Below, piece after piece: positions 11,190 to 22,137 of a DNA stretch of 32,000 bases (positions are counted from its first letter, which is position 1; each line of letters starts with the position of its first letter). The DNA lies in NCBI RefSeq assembly GCF_000709555.1, contig NZ_CP006873.1, forward strand, positions 150,001 through 182,000, in the 5' to 3' direction. The notes under the pieces are model-generated. The model did no database searches and had not been told where the DNA came from. It saw only the letters and a program-made list of their open reading frames with translations. This DNA is from Candidatus Saccharimonadota bacterium. Lineage in GTDB: Bacteria > Bacteroidota > Bacteroidia > Flavobacteriales > Blattabacteriaceae. A program made the translations under genes and the position numbers.

Positions 11190-14100
11190 TTATTCTTCAA
11201 GATGGAGGTTTAATCCGAGTCCTTTAAGTTCATGGAGCAATACATTGAAAGATTCAGGAATCCCGGGTTCAGGCAGAGTTTCTCCTTTAACAATAGATTC
11301 ATAGGTTTTAGAACGACCTACTACATCATCAGATTTTACAGTCAGTATTTCTCTTAGAATGTTTGAAGCTCCAAAAGACTCTAGAGCCCACACTTCCATT
11401 TCTCCAAAACGTTGTCCTCCAAATTGCGCTTTTCCCCCTAACGGTTGCTGGGTGATCAGTGAATAAGGACCTATGGAACGAGCATGCATCTTGTCGTCTA
11501 CCATATGACCAAGTTTTAACATATAAATAATTCCCACGGTCGTTGGCTTATCAAAACGTTCTCCAGTTTCCCCATCATAAAGATAGGTGCTTCCTAAGTG
11601 AGGTAATCCTGCCTTACTAGTATATTCAGTAATTTGTTCGATTGAAGCCCCATCAAATATAGGGGTAGAAAATTTTATTCCCAGCTTATGACCTGCCCAT
11701 CCCAATATTGTTTCATATATTTGTCCCATATTCATTCTAGATGGAACACCTAATGGATTTAGCACAATATCTACAGGGGTCCCGTCTTCCAAAAATGGCA
11801 GATCTTCATCACGAACAATACGTGATACAATTCCCTTATTACCGTGACGTACGGCCATTTTATCACCGACTTGAAGTTTTCGCTTTTTAGCAATGTATAC
11901 TTTTACTAGTTTGACTATTCCCAGGGGCAATTCATCACCTACAGAAAGAGTCAATTTGTGACGGTTGAGTTCTCCTTGGAAATTTCTAACCTTAATTTTA
12001 TAATTATGTAATAGCATTGATACTAAACGATTCGTATTTTCATCTGAAGTCCATTCAGAAGAAGAAATATTGATATAATCAGAAATATTCTCTAGAAGAT
12101 TTTTAGTAAAGATGTTTCCTGCAGGAATAATTTCTTCTTGCATATCATTCTCGATTCTCCGAGAGATTTTAGATTGTAAAAGTATATATAATTTCTCACA
12201 TAGCAGCTTATGCAATTCCGAAAAACGACTTTTATATTGAGATTCAAAATATTCTATGTCCATTTTATCTAGGGCACGGATTTTTTTATCTTTAATACTT
12301 CTTGAAAAAAGCTTTCTATCAATAACCACTCCGTAAAGCGAAGTATCTGCTTTTAATGACGCATCTTTTACATTCCCAGCTCTTTCTCCAAATATCGCTA
12401 TGAGAAGTTTTTCTTCCGGGGTCGGATCATATTCTCCTTTTGGAGTTATCTTTCCTATAAGAATATCCCCAGGTTTTACCTCTGATCCTACACGAATAAT
12501 CCCATTTTCATCAAGGTTTTTAGTAGCCTCCTCACTCAGGTTAGGAATATCACTGGTAAGTTCTTCCATACCTAATTTTGTATCACGGACTTCGAGAGAA
12601 TATTCATCTATGTGAATAGATGTAAATAAATCTTCACGAACTACACGCTCCGAAAGAACAAAAGCGTCTTCAAAATTAAAACCCTTCCAAGGCATAAAAG
12701 CCACAAGTATATTACTACCTAAAGCTATTTCTCCTTTTTCCGTAGCATAACCTTCGCAGAGCACTTGTCCTTTGGATACTTTCATTCCCTTTCTAACAAT
12801 AGGCTTAAGTCTAATTGAAGTATTTTGATTAGTTTTTTTAAACTTCATCATATTGTAAGTTTTAATGTTAGAATCAAAACTTAGAAAAGCTTCTTCTTCA
12901 GTTATGTTATAACGTATAGAAATATGATCTGATTCTACGTCTTCTACAAGACCTTCTCCCTCCGCATTAATAAGTAGACGGGAATCAGTAGCCACTTTTT
13001 TCTCTAGACCAGTTCCTACAATCGGAGATTCAGGACAAAGCAAAGGCACAGCTTGACGCATCATATTTGAACCCATTAGAGCACGATTGGCATCATCATG
13101 TTCAAGAAAAGGAATTAGAGAAGCTGAAAGAGAAGCTATTTGATTGGTTCCGACGTCAATGTAATCAATTTTCTCATATTCAACCAGAGGAAAATCTCCG
13201 TCTTTCCGAGAAATAACTATTTCGGTTAGAAAATATCCATCTTCATCCACCTTTGCTTTAGCCGTAGCTATAGTTTTTTCAGACTCTTCTTCAGAGGGCA
13301 GATAAATAGAAGAAGAAAAGTCAATTTGACCATTTGTTACTTTTCTGTAAGGGGTTTCTATGAATCCCAGACGATTCACTTTAGCAAACACACAAAGTGA
13401 ATAAATTAATCCAATATTGGTCCCTTCTGGGGTTTCTATGGGACAAAGTCTACCGTAATGGGTATAATGAACATCACGAACTTCGAACCCAGCACGGTCC
13501 CTCGAAAGGCCTCCTGGTCCAAGAGAAGAGAGTCTTCTCTTATGCGTGATTTCAGAAAGTAAATTAGTCTGGTCCATAAATTGAGAAAGTGGGCTAGTAC
13601 AAAAAAACGAATTGATGACAGAAGAAAGAGTTTTTGCATTGATTAAATCTATAGGAGTAAAAACTTCATTATCACGGACATTCATTCTATCACGAATAGT
13701 ACGTGCCATACGTGATAACCCAATATTTAATTGTGCCGATAATTGCTCACTTACTGTTATCACTCTACGATTTGAAAGATTATCCATGTCATCTATTTTT
13801 GAGTGAACTCTCTTCAGAATATATTTGACAATATAGATCAAATCTTCTTTTGTAATTACCTGTATTTCAATAGGAATATTTATTCCTAAACGTTGATTTA
13901 GTCGGTATCTTCCTACTTCTCCGAGATGGCATCGATTAAAGAAAATTTTTTCAATTACTCCTATAGCTGTTTCTTCGTCTGGAGGGGAAGAATTTCGGAA
14001 TTGTCTGTATATATGTTCAAGCGCTTCCTTACCAGAATTGGTCGGATCTGTGTTAAGCGTATTTTGAAGAATGATATAATCGATAGTGTTCTTTTCTTTT

Positions 14101-14975
14101 TTTTGTAAAATCACGCTATCAATACCTGATTCTATGAGGTGATAAATATGCTCATGTTCAAGGATAATATCACGATCAAGAATAACCTCATTTCTTTTAA
14201 TGGAAATAACTTCTCCGGTGTCTTCATCAACGAAATCTTCTATCCATTGTTTTAAAACACGTGCTCCAACTTTAGCCCCTATTAATTTGTTGTAATTAGA
14301 TTGAGTGACCTGAACTTCTTCAGAGAAGTTGAAAAGATAAAAAAGATCTTGATCTTGTTCGTATCCAATAGCACGAAAAAGCGTAGTAACTGGAAACTTT
14401 TTTTTACTATCGACATAAGCATACATTACATTGTTTATATCGGTAGAAAATTCAATCACTGATCCCTTTACGGGTATTACTCTAGCTGAGTATAAACGTG
14501 TCCCATTAGCGTGTATAGATTGACCAAAACAGATTCCTGGAGAACGATGCAGTTGTGAAACCACTACACGTTCAGCTCCATTGATTATGAAAGACCCTGT
14601 TGGAGTCATATAGGGAATAGTTCCAAGATAAACGTCCTGAATAACTGTCTTAAAATCTTCATGTTCAGGATCTTGACAAGAGATCTTCATCCTTGCCTTC
14701 AAGCTTACACTAAAAGTTAACCCTCTTTCAAGACATTCTGAGATCGAATACCTTGGAGGATCTAAGAAATAATCTAGAAATTCTAGAACAAATTGATTTC
14801 TTACATCGTAAATAGGAAAATTTTCCCTGAAGGTTTGAAATAATCCGTCATTTTTTTTCTTTTCGTATTGGGTTTCTAGTTGAAAGAATTCCTTAAAAGA
14901 TTGGATCTGAATTTCAAGAAAATCCGGATACTCTACTTGCTTCTTCACAGAAGCAAAACTCACTCTCGAAGTCAA
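11190..14975 (-). CDS. rpoB: DNA-directed RNA polymerase subunit beta
   Basis: 1261-aa ORF with [12 protein letters not shown] and [14 protein letters not shown] motifs. Lies directly upstream of rpoC. Confidence 0.98.
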   Translation of the reverse strand: MTSRVSFASVKKQVEYPDFLEIQIQSFKEFFQLETQYEKKKNDGLFQTFRENFPIYDVRNQFVLEFLDYFLDPPRYSISECLERGLTFSVSLKARMKISCQDPEHEDFKTVIQDVYLGTIPYMTPTGSFIINGAERVVVSQLHRSPGICFGQSIHANGTRLYSARVIPVKGSVIEFSTDINNVMYAYVDSKKKFPVTTLFRAIGYEQDQDLFYLFNFSEEVQVTQSNYNKLIGAKVGARVLKQWIEDFVDEDTGEVISIKRNEVILDRDIILEHEHIYHLIESGIDSVILQKKEKNTIDYIILQNTLNTDPTNSGKEALEHIYRQFRNSSPPDEETAIGVIEKIFFNRCHLGEVGRYRLNQRLGINIPIEIQVITKEDLIYIVKYILKRVHSKIDDMDNLSNRRVITVSEQLSAQLNIGLSRMARTIRDRMNVRDNEVFTPIDLINAKTLSSVINSFFCTSPLSQFMDQTNLLSEITHKRRLSSLGPGGLSRDRAGFEVRDVHYTHYGRLCPIETPEGTNIGLIYSLCVFAKVNRLGFIETPYRKVTNGQIDFSSSIYLPSEEESEKTIATAKAKVDEDGYFLTEIVISRKDGDFPLVEYEKIDYIDVGTNQIASLSASLIPFLEHDDANRALMGSNMMRQAVPLLCPESPIVGTGLEKKVATDSRLLINAEGEGLVEDVESDHISIRYNITEEEAFLSFDSNIKTYNMMKFKKTNQNTSIRLKPIVRKGMKVSKGQVLCEGYATEKGEIALGSNILVAFMPWKGFNFEDAFVLSERVVREDLFTSIHIDEYSLEVRDTKLGMEELTSDIPNLSEEATKNLDENGIIRVGSEVKPGDILIGKITPKGEYDPTPEEKLLIAIFGERAGNVKDASLKADTSLYGVVIDRKLFSRSIKDKKIRALDKMDIEYFESQYKSRFSELHKLLCEKLYILLQSKISRRIENDMQEEIIPAGNIFTKNLLENISDYINISSSEWTSDENTNRLVSMLLHNYKIKVRNFQGELNRHKLTLSVGDELPLGIVKLVKVYIAKKRKLQVGDKMAVRHGNKGIVSRIVRDEDLPFLEDGTPVDIVLNPLGVPSRMNMGQIYETILGWAGHKLGIKFSTPIFDGASIEQITEYTSKAGLPHLGSTYLYDGETGERFDKPTTVGIIYMLKLGHMVDDKMHARSIGPYSLITQQPLGGKAQFGGQRFGEMEVWALESFGASNILREILTVKSDDVVGRSKTYESIVKGETLPEPGIPESFNVLLHELKGLGLNLHLEE

Positions 14976-15012
14976 CGTTAATTTGATTTATGTTTTTAGT
15001 ATTCTCAAGAAT

Positions 15013-15369
15013 TTATTTCAATTCGACTGAAGCACCAGCTTCTTCTAATTTTTTTTTAAGGGATTCGGCTTCATTTTTAGTTATCCCTTCTTTAACATTC
15101 TTTGGAGCACTATCTACTAGTTCCTTAGAATCTTTAAGTCCCAATCCAGTAATTTCTTTAATAAGTTTAACTACGGTTAGTTTAGAACTTCCTGCCGATT
15201 TAAGTACGACATCAAAAGACGTTTTTTCTACACTGGGTTTACCTGAATCAATAACTGGAATAGGAGCTGGTTCAATCCCGTATTCTTCCTTTAGAATTTT
15301 AGCCAAATCATTGACTTCTGAAACTTTTAGGTTAATCAAAGTTTCTGCTAATTTTTTTATGTCTGACAT
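15013..15369 (-). CDS. rplL: 50S ribosomal protein L7/L12
   Basis: 118-aa ORF. The C-terminal domain [30 protein letters not shown]...EAGASVELK is typical of L7/L12. Confidence 0.95.
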   Translation of the reverse strand: MSDIKKLAETLINLKVSEVNDLAKILKEEYGIEPAPIPVIDSGKPSVEKTSFDVVLKSAGSSKLTVVKLIKEITGLGLKDSKELVDSAPKNVKEGITKNEAESLKKKLEEAGASVELK

Positions 15370-15393
15370 ATAGAAATAATTTTTCGTGATTTT

Positions 15394-15936
15394 TTACGTT
15401 ATTTGTGAAAATTGGGGTGATCCTTTTGATAATATTTCAAGGCATCCTAAAATTTTATGATCTACTGATTTTAATGTAGAAATCATATTTGTTAGAGGAA
15501 AATGTAATAAACTAATTACATCACTAATCAATTCTGTTTTAGATTTTATATTAACTAATGTTTCGAATTGTTCAGATCCAATATAAAAGGATTCTTCTAC
15601 ATAAGCGCACTTAAATAAGGGTTTATCACTATTATTTTTTGTTTTGAAATCTCTAATGATTTTTGCAGGAACATTATTCACTTCCGAAGTCATCACAAAG
15701 GTATTTCCTTGAATAACACAAAATAACGGAGACCATTTTGTTATATGGCTTTCCATAGCTTTGCGTAATAAGGTATTTTTAACTAACCGAACCTTAACCT
15801 GATAATCGGAACAATTCCGTCTTAATTCAGAAATTTTATTTGCATTTATTCCAGATATATCGATAAAATATATATTCTTTGAAGATAAGACAGAAGTAAG
15901 GGTTTTTATTGATTGTAATTTTTGTTCTTTTGTCAT
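15394..15936 (-). CDS. rplJ: 50S ribosomal protein L10
   Basis: 180-aa ORF in the conserved position between rplA and rplL. Its start overlaps the rplA stop by 4 nt. Confidence 0.88.
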   Translation of the reverse strand: MTKEQKLQSIKTLTSVLSSKNIYFIDISGINANKISELRRNCSDYQVKVRLVKNTLLRKAMESHITKWSPLFCVIQGNTFVMTSEVNNVPAKIIRDFKTKNNSDKPLFKCAYVEESFYIGSEQFETLVNIKSKTELISDVISLLHFPLTNMISTLKSVDHKILGCLEILSKGSPQFSQIT

Positions 15937-16628
15937 ATTATACTTTTAACATCTATCTGAATTCCAGGACTCATAGTTCCTGAAAGAAAGATACTTTTAA
16001 GATAAGTTCCACTAGATGAAGAGGGTTTCAACCTATTGATAATTTTAATTAACTCAAGAGAATTATCGACTACCTTTTCAGGTAAAAACGAAGCTCTTCC
16101 AACAGTAGCATGCACAATCCCGAATCGATCTACTTTAAAGTCTATTTTCCCAGATTTCACTTCTTTAATAGATTTTCCAATTTCTGTACTAATCGTTCCA
16201 GTTTTAGGATTGGGCATTAATCCTCTAGGACCAAGTATTTTACCTAAACGTCCTAACTTTGGCATCATCATTGGCGTGGTAATAATCACGTCAATTTCAG
16301 TCCACCCATGATTAATCTTTTCAATATATTCATCTGAACCAACATAATCTGCTCCAGCCTCTTTCGCTTCAACTTCTTTGTCAGGTCCAACAAGGGCTAA
16401 AATACATATATTTTTCCCAGTACTATGAGGTAACTTAACTACGCCACGAACCATTTGGTTAGATTTTCTAGGATCTATACCTAGACGGACAGCAATATCA
16501 ATTGAAGAGTCAAACCTACTATAGGAAGATATTTCTTTTACAATCTTTGCAGCCTCAGATAGTGGATAAGCTTTATTTCGATCGTATTTCTGAGAAATTT
16601 GTTTTCTATTTTTAGTGAGTTTTCTCAT
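15933..16628 (-). CDS. rplA: 50S ribosomal protein L1
   Basis: 231-aa ORF containing LGPRGLMPNPKTGT and GKIDFKVDRFGIVHATVGRASF. Confidence 0.95.
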   Translation of the reverse strand: MRKLTKNRKQISQKYDRNKAYPLSEAAKIVKEISSYSRFDSSIDIAVRLGIDPRKSNQMVRGVVKLPHSTGKNICILALVGPDKEVEAKEAGADYVGSDEYIEKINHGWTEIDVIITTPMMMPKLGRLGKILGPRGLMPNPKTGTISTEIGKSIKEVKSGKIDFKVDRFGIVHATVGRASFLPEKVVDNSLELIKIINRLKPSSSSGTYLKSIFLSGTMSPGIQIDVKSII

Positions 16629-17081
16629 CTATTTATTATTTTTATGAATAGGAGACTCACCATAGATTTCTATACCCATGGATCTAGCTGTCCCTGCCAC
16701 CATAGACATAGCGGATTTTAGGTTAAAACAATTAAGATCCGGCATTTTATTTTCTGCAATTCTTTTCACTGTATTCCAATCTATTTTTGCCACTTTATTT
16801 CTATTGGGTTCTTTAGAACCTTTTTTTAACGAAGTTGCCTCCATCAACTGAACAGATACAGCAGGATTTTTTACTCTAAAGTCAAAAGATCCATCATCAT
16901 AAATATTTATTAATACTGGTAACAATTTTCCCAAATTATTCTTAGTCCTATCGTTAAATTGTCGACAAAAAGACATAATATTTATCCCAGCTGCTCCACA
17001 GGCAGGTCCTATCGGAGGTGAAGGGTTAGCTGTTCCTCCATTGATTTGAAGTCTTATAACTTTTTTTATTTGTTTTTCCAT
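16629..17081 (-). CDS. rplK: 50S ribosomal protein L11
   Basis: 150-aa ORF containing [35 protein letters not shown]. Abuts rplA. Confidence 0.95.
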   Translation of the reverse strand: MEKQIKKVIRLQINGGTANPSPPIGPACGAAGINIMSFCRQFNDRTKNNLGKLLPVLINIYDDGSFDFRVKNPAVSVQLMEATSLKKGSKEPNRNKVAKIDWNTVKRIAENKMPDLNCFNLKSAMSMVAGTARSMGIEIYGESPIHKNNK

Positions 17082-17104
17082 TGTTATGATTATGTTGTAA
17101 ATAT

Positions 17105-17647
17105 TTATATTATTTTTTCTATTTGCGTCAAACTTAAATATAATGGAGTTTTTCTTCCAAAGATTAATACTGATAAAGAAACTTTTTCTTCATGTATTTT
17201 CTCTATAGTTCCAGAAAATCCTACAAAGGTCCCATCTATTATTTTTACTTTTTCTCCTCGAATGAAGGAAACACTGGCATTCCTTTCGGAGAGTTCATTT
17301 ACTATTCCAAACATCCTATTTACTTCGTATTTTCTCATTGGAATAGGGTGACCACCTTTTTTTTCACTTAAAAAGGAAATCACTCCAGGAATATTTTTTA
17401 GAGTCTGTTCGACTTGACTTTTTAAACAAGTTTCTATCAACACATACCCAGGATAATAGATTTTTTCTTTTTTAATTTTTTTACCATTACGGATCTGAAT
17501 TATTTTTTTTACAGGAACTAGCACCTTCCCTATATTTTCTTTAATCCCTAAATGCTGTATTTCATTTTCTATGTAGTATTTAACTTGATTTTCTTTGCCA
17601 CTTACAGTTCTAAGGATATACCACTGTTTTTCGTGAGTCTTTTTCAT
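17105..17647 (-). CDS. nusG: transcription termination/antitermination factor NusG
   Basis: 180-aa ORF with an NGN domain ([12 protein letters not shown]) and a KOW motif ([21 protein letters not shown]). Confidence 0.93.
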   Translation of the reverse strand: MKKTHEKQWYILRTVSGKENQVKYYIENEIQHLGIKENIGKVLVPVKKIIQIRNGKKIKKEKIYYPGYVLIETCLKSQVEQTLKNIPGVISFLSEKKGGHPIPMRKYEVNRMFGIVNELSERNASVSFIRGEKVKIIDGTFVGFSGTIEKIHEEKVSLSVLIFGRKTPLYLSLTQIEKII

Positions 17648-17659
17648 ATTATCTTTTCT

Positions 17660-17839
17660 TTAAAAAATTACGTGGAAAACAATTCCAAAAATTGCATCTA
17701 TGCAAGAGACAATAAGAGATAATATAAAAACAGAAACTGAGACCATAACAGCAGAAGATTGTAATTCTTCCCATTTTGGCCAAGTCACATTCCTTACAAA
17801 TTCATTAAAAAAGTGGTCTAAATTTGGAATTTTTCTCAT
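17660..17839 (-). CDS. secE: preprotein translocase subunit SecE
   Basis: The tracked 98-aa ORF was trimmed to the internal Met at 17839, because its upstream part is a read-through of tRNA-Trp. The resulting 59-aa product MRKIPNLDHFFNEFVRNVTWPKWEELQSSAVMVSVSVFILSLIV... has a single C-terminal TM helix. Canonical position between tRNA-Trp and nusG. Confidence 0.8.
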   Translation of the reverse strand: MRKIPNLDHFFNEFVRNVTWPKWEELQSSAVMVSVSVFILSLIVSCIDAIFGIVFHVIF

Positions 17840-17856
17840 CAGTTTCCAGGTTTTTG

Positions 17857-17929
17857 CACGGGTGATAAGAATCGAACTCACGACCTTCGGTTTTGGAGAC
17901 CGATGCTCTACCAACTGAGCTACACCCGT
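17857..17929 (-). tRNA. trnW: tRNA-Trp (anticodon CCA)
   Basis: Hand-folded cloverleaf. Acceptor acgggtg/cacccgt, D arm gctc/gagc, anticodon stem tcggt/accga with loop ctCCAaa, T arm gtgag-ttcgatt-cttat. CCA end is not encoded. Confidence 0.93.
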
Positions 17930-17948
17930 TTTTTTAAGAGGAATAATA

Positions 17949-19136
17949 TTAATCAAATATTTTTGTCACTTTACCTGCTCCAACAGTTCTTCCTCCTTCA
18001 CGTATAGCAAAACGTAGTCCCTCACTTAAAGCAACAGGTTGAATCAATACAACTTTGACAGATATATTATCTCCTGGCATTACCATTTCTACACCATCAG
18101 AAAGGTGAATTTCTCCAGTAACATCCGTGGTCCTAAGATAAAATTGAGGACGATATTTATTATGGAACGGGGTATGTCTTCCACCTTCTTCTTTGGATAG
18201 AATATACACCTCTGCATTAAAGATCCTATGAGGTTTTACAGAACCAGGTTTCCCAATGACCATACCACGTCGAATATCTGTTTTTTCAATACCACGCAAC
18301 AGTAACCCAACGTTGTCTCCCGCTTGACCTTTATCAAGAATTTTCCTAAACATTTCCACACCAGTTACGGTAGAAGCAAGTTTTTTTTCTCCCATACCTA
18401 CTATTTCTACAGAATCCCCCGTACTAACAACACCAGTTTCAATACGGCCGGTAGCTACAGTCCCCCTTCCGGTAATAGTAAATACATCTTCGACAGGTAG
18501 CAAGAAAGTTTTATCAACATTACGAATTGGTTCAGGAATATAATTGTCTATAGCCGTTATTAATTCGTTAATTTTTTCCATCCATTTTACTTCTCCATTT
18601 AAAGCACCTAATGCAGAACCATGTATTATAGGGGTATTGTCCCCATCAAATTCATATTTTGATAATAATTCGCGAAGTTCAATTTCTACAAGTTCCAGCA
18701 GTTCTGGATCATCTACTATATCTACTTTGTTCATAAAAACCACGAGTTTAGGAACACCTACCTGACGTGCTAAAAGAATATGTTCCCGAGTTTGTGGCAT
18801 GGGACCATCGCTAGCAGCAACCACTAAAATAGCACCATCCATCTGCGCTGCACCGGTTACCATGTTTTTGACATAGTCAGCATGTCCTGGACAATCGACA
18901 TGCGCATAATGACGTTTAGGTGTTTGGTACTCAACATGTGATGTATTAATAGTGATACCACGTTCTCTTTCTTCAGGAGCATTATCAATGGCACTAAAAT
19001 CTTTTGCTTCAGCCAACCCTTGCTCAGATAATACTTTAGTAATAGCAGCTGTCAAAGTAGTTTTCCCATGGTCTACGTGACCAATTGTCCCGATATTCAA
19101 ATGAGGTTTGTCACGTTTAAATTTTTCTTTTGCCAT
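17949..19136 (-). CDS. tuf: translation elongation factor Tu
   Basis: 395-aa ORF with G-domain motifs [18 protein letters not shown] and NKVD. Confidence 0.99.
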   Translation of the reverse strand: MAKEKFKRDKPHLNIGTIGHVDHGKTTLTAAITKVLSEQGLAEAKDFSAIDNAPEERERGITINTSHVEYQTPKRHYAHVDCPGHADYVKNMVTGAAQMDGAILVVAASDGPMPQTREHILLARQVGVPKLVVFMNKVDIVDDPELLELVEIELRELLSKYEFDGDNTPIIHGSALGALNGEVKWMEKINELITAIDNYIPEPIRNVDKTFLLPVEDVFTITGRGTVATGRIETGVVSTGDSVEIVGMGEKKLASTVTGVEMFRKILDKGQAGDNVGLLLRGIEKTDIRRGMVIGKPGSVKPHRIFNAEVYILSKEEGGRHTPFHNKYRPQFYLRTTDVTGEIHLSDGVEMVMPGDNISVKVVLIQPVALSEGLRFAIREGGRTVGAGKVTKIFD

Positions 19137-19170
19137 GATTTCTAATTGTGTTTATCCTTGTAATTTATAG

Positions 19171-19242
19171 AGCCAATGACGGGTATTGAACCCGTGACCT
19201 CTTCCTTACCAAGGAAGCACTCTACCTCTGAGCTACATCGGC
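19171..19242 (-). tRNA. trnT: tRNA-Thr (anticodon GGT)
   Basis: Hand-folded. Acceptor gccgatg/cattggc, anticodon stem cttcc/ggaag with loop ttGGTaa, T loop ggttcaatacc. Confidence 0.92.
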
Positions 19243-19245
19243 TAG

Positions 19246-19318
19246 AGCGGAAGACGGGACTTGAACCCGCGACCTTCAGCTTGGAAGGCTGACGCTCTAC
19301 CAACTAAGCTACTTCCGC
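19246..19318 (-). tRNA. trnG: tRNA-Gly (anticodon TCC)
   Basis: Hand-folded. Acceptor gcggaag/cttccgc, anticodon stem tcagc/gctga with loop ctTCCaa, T arm gcggg-ttcaagt-cccgt. Confidence 0.92.
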
Positions 19319-19327
19319 ATTTCATTG

Positions 19328-19409
19328 TGGGGAGAGCAGGATTCGAACCTGCGAAGATTTTATCAACAGATTTACAGTCTGCCCTCGTTAGCCACTTGAG
19401 TACCTCCCC
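19328..19409 (-). tRNA. trnY: tRNA-Tyr (anticodon GTA), long variable arm
   Basis: 82 nt. Acceptor ggggagg/tctcccc (one G-U), anticodon loop ctGTAaa, long extra arm, T arm gcagg-ttcgaat-cctgc. Confidence 0.92.
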
Positions 19410-19418
19410 TTTAATTTT

Positions 19419-19492
19419 AGCCGGTGAAGGGATTCGAACCCCCGCCCCCGAGATTACAAATCACGCGCTCTAGCCAACTGAGCTACACCGGC
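19419..19492 (-). tRNA. trnT: tRNA-Thr (anticodon TGT)
   Basis: 74 nt. Acceptor gccggtg/caccggc, anticodon loop ttTGTaa (one U-U mismatch in the stem), T arm ggggg-ttcgaat-ccctt. The order Thr(UGU)-Tyr-Gly-Thr(GGU)-tuf mirrors the enterobacterial thrU-tyrU-glyT-thrT-tufB cluster. Confidence 0.9.
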
Positions 19493-19512
19493 AAGTCTGA
19501 GTACCTACAAGG

Positions 19513-19571
<59 letters not shown>

Positions 19572-19614
19572 TTATCAGAACCTATACAGTAAAGATAATA
19601 TATAAAAAAAAAAT

Positions 19615-20691
19615 CTAAACTTTAAGATCAGCTATATCAGCTATTTTCAGAGCATTGATCATTTCTTGAATATGTCCATTCATAAACTCATCAAGAGAAT
19701 AAATTGATTTGTTGATACGATGATCTGTCACTCTTCCCTGAGGGTAATTGTAGGTCCGAATTTTAGCCGATCGATCTCCAGTAGAGACTAATGATTTTCT
19801 TTCATTGGCTCGTTCTTGAGTATTCTTTTTTAATTCGGTTTGATATATACGTGCACGAAGTACATTTAAAGCTTTTTCATAATTCTTATGTTGATAACGT
19901 TCTTCTTGACATTCTACTACTATTCCTGTTGGAATATGTGTTAACCGAACTGCTGATTCAGTTTTATTCACGTGTTGTCCTCCTGCTCCGCTAGATCGAA
20001 ATGTTTCTCTTTTAATATCATCCGAGTTAATATTTACATTAAGAGCGTCCACTTCAGGTAAAACCGCAACTGTAATAGCTGAAGTGTGGACTCTCCCTTG
20101 AGATTCAGTTTCAGGAATTCGTTGCACACGATGTATTCCAGATTCAAATTTTAAAATCCCATATACTTTTTCTCCTTGGACATCTAGGATAATTTCTTTA
20201 TAACCATGACCAGTTGATTCTTGTGCGTTTAAAATCTTATATTTCCAATTTCTCTCTTTAAAGTACATGGTGTACATTCGTAAAATATTTTTCACAAATA
20301 GACAAGCCTCATCACCTCCAGTTCCTGCACGTAACTCAACAATAGCATTTTTATCATCTTCAGAATCTTTAGAATCTACTAAAGATTGAATTTTATTTTC
20401 TATTTGTTCTAAATCTATCAAAAGTTGATTTTTTTCTTCTTGTGCCATTTTTTTTATTGAAATACATTCATTAGCATCACAAAGGATTTTTTCATTTTCG
20501 TGTAAAGATTTAGATTTAGATTTATAGTCGTGATAGATTTGTATAATCTTTTCCAGATTTTTATATTTTTTTGAAAGAGATACAAAACGTTGTTTATTTG
20601 CAATAATATTAGGTTGAATAATAAGATCATAAATATCGTAAAATTCTTGCTCTAGTTTATCAAGCTTTTCCATTAGAAACCTTTTTTTCAT
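19615..20691 (-). CDS. prfA: peptide chain release factor 1
   Basis: 358-aa ORF with the GGQ motif ([11 protein letters not shown]). Has [17 protein letters not shown] with P-E-T at the RF1 PxT position (RF2 would have SPF). Confidence 0.93.
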   Translation of the reverse strand: MKKRFLMEKLDKLEQEFYDIYDLIIQPNIIANKQRFVSLSKKYKNLEKIIQIYHDYKSKSKSLHENEKILCDANECISIKKMAQEEKNQLLIDLEQIENKIQSLVDSKDSEDDKNAIVELRAGTGGDEACLFVKNILRMYTMYFKERNWKYKILNAQESTGHGYKEIILDVQGEKVYGILKFESGIHRVQRIPETESQGRVHTSAITVAVLPEVDALNVNINSDDIKRETFRSSGAGGQHVNKTESAVRLTHIPTGIVVECQEERYQHKNYEKALNVLRARIYQTELKKNTQERANERKSLVSTGDRSAKIRTYNYPQGRVTDHRINKSIYSLDEFMNGHIQEMINALKIADIADLKV

Positions 20692-20924
20692 ATTTTACTG
20701 TTTTATAAATGTTTGACTGAACTTTACTATCACTAATGAATTACAAGAAATAAATGACGAAATATATCTAAAGATAGAGAAAAAGGACATAAAACTGATA
20801 TGCACTATAAAGAACAAATTTAGAATGAAAATAGGTTGTCACGATTTCATAAAAACCATTGGAATACTCAGTATAACACAAAACGTCCAATTTATATGAG
20901 GAAAAATAAAACCAAATAGACATT

Positions 20925-22103
20925 ATGCCTTTGGAAAACAAATATCGTTATCGTTATCGTTATCGTTATCGTGCAGCAAATTATGAATTTGAAGGAATTG
21001 TGGCTAGTGAAGGAGTTCTTGAAATTATGCAAGAAAATTATGGATTTCTAAGATATTCAGATTTTAATTATCTCTCGTCTCCAGACGATGTTTATGTTTC
21101 TCAATCGCAAATTAAACTTTTCAGTCTTAAAACAGGTGATACAATCAGTGGAGCAATTAGGCCACCTAAAGAAAGTGAAAAATATTTTCCTATGATTAAA
21201 ATAATTAAAATTAACGGGAGATCTCCTTATGACATACGTGAGAGATCTTCTTTTGAACATATGACACCTTTATTTACAGAAGAAAAATTGAATTTGTCTG
21301 ATAAGAACCCTACTGTTTCTACGAGAATTTTAGATATTTTTGCTCCAATCGGAAAGGGACAACGTGGGATGATTGGAGCCCCTCCTAAAGTTGGAAAAAC
21401 TATATTATTGAAAGATCTAGCTAATGCTATAGCAGCAAATCATCCTGAAGTCTATTTAATGATCTTATTAATCGATGAACGTCCTGAAGAGGTGACTGAT
21501 ATGCAACGTAGTGTAAAAGGTGAGGTAGTAGCCTCAACTTTTGATGAATCAGAAGAAAGACATGTTAAAGTAGCAAATATTGTTCTACAAAAGGCAAAAC
21601 GAATGGTGGAATGTAATCACGATGTAGTGATATTGCTAGATTCTATAACTCGTTTAGCAAGAGCGTATAATACTGGAGCTCCGGCTTCAGGAAAAGTCCT
21701 TTCAGGAGGAGTAGAAGCTAATGCTTTGCATAAACCTAAGAGATTTCTTGGTGCTGCTAGAAATATCGAAGGCGTAGGCTCTCTTTCTATTATAGCTACA
21801 GCTATGATAGAAACTGGGTCAAAAATGGACGAAGTTATCTTTGAAGAGTTTAAGGGTACAGGGAATATGGAATTACAACTTGATAGAAAAATAGCTAATA
21901 GAAAATTATATCCTGCTATAGATCTAGTTGCTTCAAGCACCCGGAGGGATGATTTATTATTGAACGATCCTACATTGCAGAGAATGTGGATTTTGCGAAA
22001 ACATATTTCAGAGATGAATCCTATAGAAGCTATGGAATTTTTGATAAAACGAATTAACCAAACTCAAAGTAACGACGAATTCCTTATTTCGATGAATAAG
22101 TGA
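20925..22103 (+). CDS. rho: transcription termination factor Rho (N-terminally short form)
   Basis: 392-aa ORF. OB/CSD-like RNA-binding region [14 protein letters not shown]...[23 protein letters not shown], Walker [10 protein letters not shown], and [10 protein letters not shown]. The ~47-residue N-terminal helical bundle seen in E. coli Rho is absent from the ORF. The frame is closed by a TAA at 20907-20909. Confidence 0.9.
   Translation: MPLENKYRYRYRYRYRAANYEFEGIVASEGVLEIMQENYGFLRYSDFNYLSSPDDVYVSQSQIKLFSLKTGDTISGAIRPPKESEKYFPMIKIIKINGRSPYDIRERSSFEHMTPLFTEEKLNLSDKNPTVSTRILDIFAPIGKGQRGMIGAPPKVGKTILLKDLANAIAANHPEVYLMILLIDERPEEVTDMQRSVKGEVVASTFDESEERHVKVANIVLQKAKRMVECNHDVVILLDSITRLARAYNTGAPASGKVLSGGVEANALHKPKRFLGAARNIEGVGSLSIIATAMIETGSKMDEVIFEEFKGTGNMELQLDRKIANRKLYPAIDLVASSTRRDDLLLNDPTLQRMWILRKHISEMNPIEAMEFLIKRINQTQSNDEFLISMNK
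20943..20972 (+). repeat. (TATCGT)5 hexanucleotide repeat encoding (YR)5 in rho codons 7-16
   Basis: Five perfect tatcgt units in frame with rho. Confidence 0.97.
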
Positions 22104-22137
22104 TTTAAAAATATAAGTTTCTACACATTTTTTTATT

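Noticed and set aside
7135-14108. Short ORFs inside or antisense to rpoC and rpoB (7135-7371, 7445-7648, 7902-8090, 9562-9768, 12400-12615, 13436-13639, 13612-13806, 13926-14108)
   Set aside because: All are nested within or opposite two highly conserved, uninterrupted polymerase genes, and none has family-like sequence.
14990-15373. 127-aa plus-strand ORF covering the whole rplL locus
   Set aside because: It is the mirror image of the clearly conserved L7/L12 gene on the minus strand. The product is Ser/Leu/Phe-rich, as expected from the antisense of an Ala/Lys/Glu-rich gene.
17660-17956. 98-aa ORF as the full-length secE
   Set aside because: Its first ~39 codons translate straight through tRNA-Trp (..GVAQLVEHRSPKPKVVSSILI..). 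The gene was trimmed to the internal Met at 17839.
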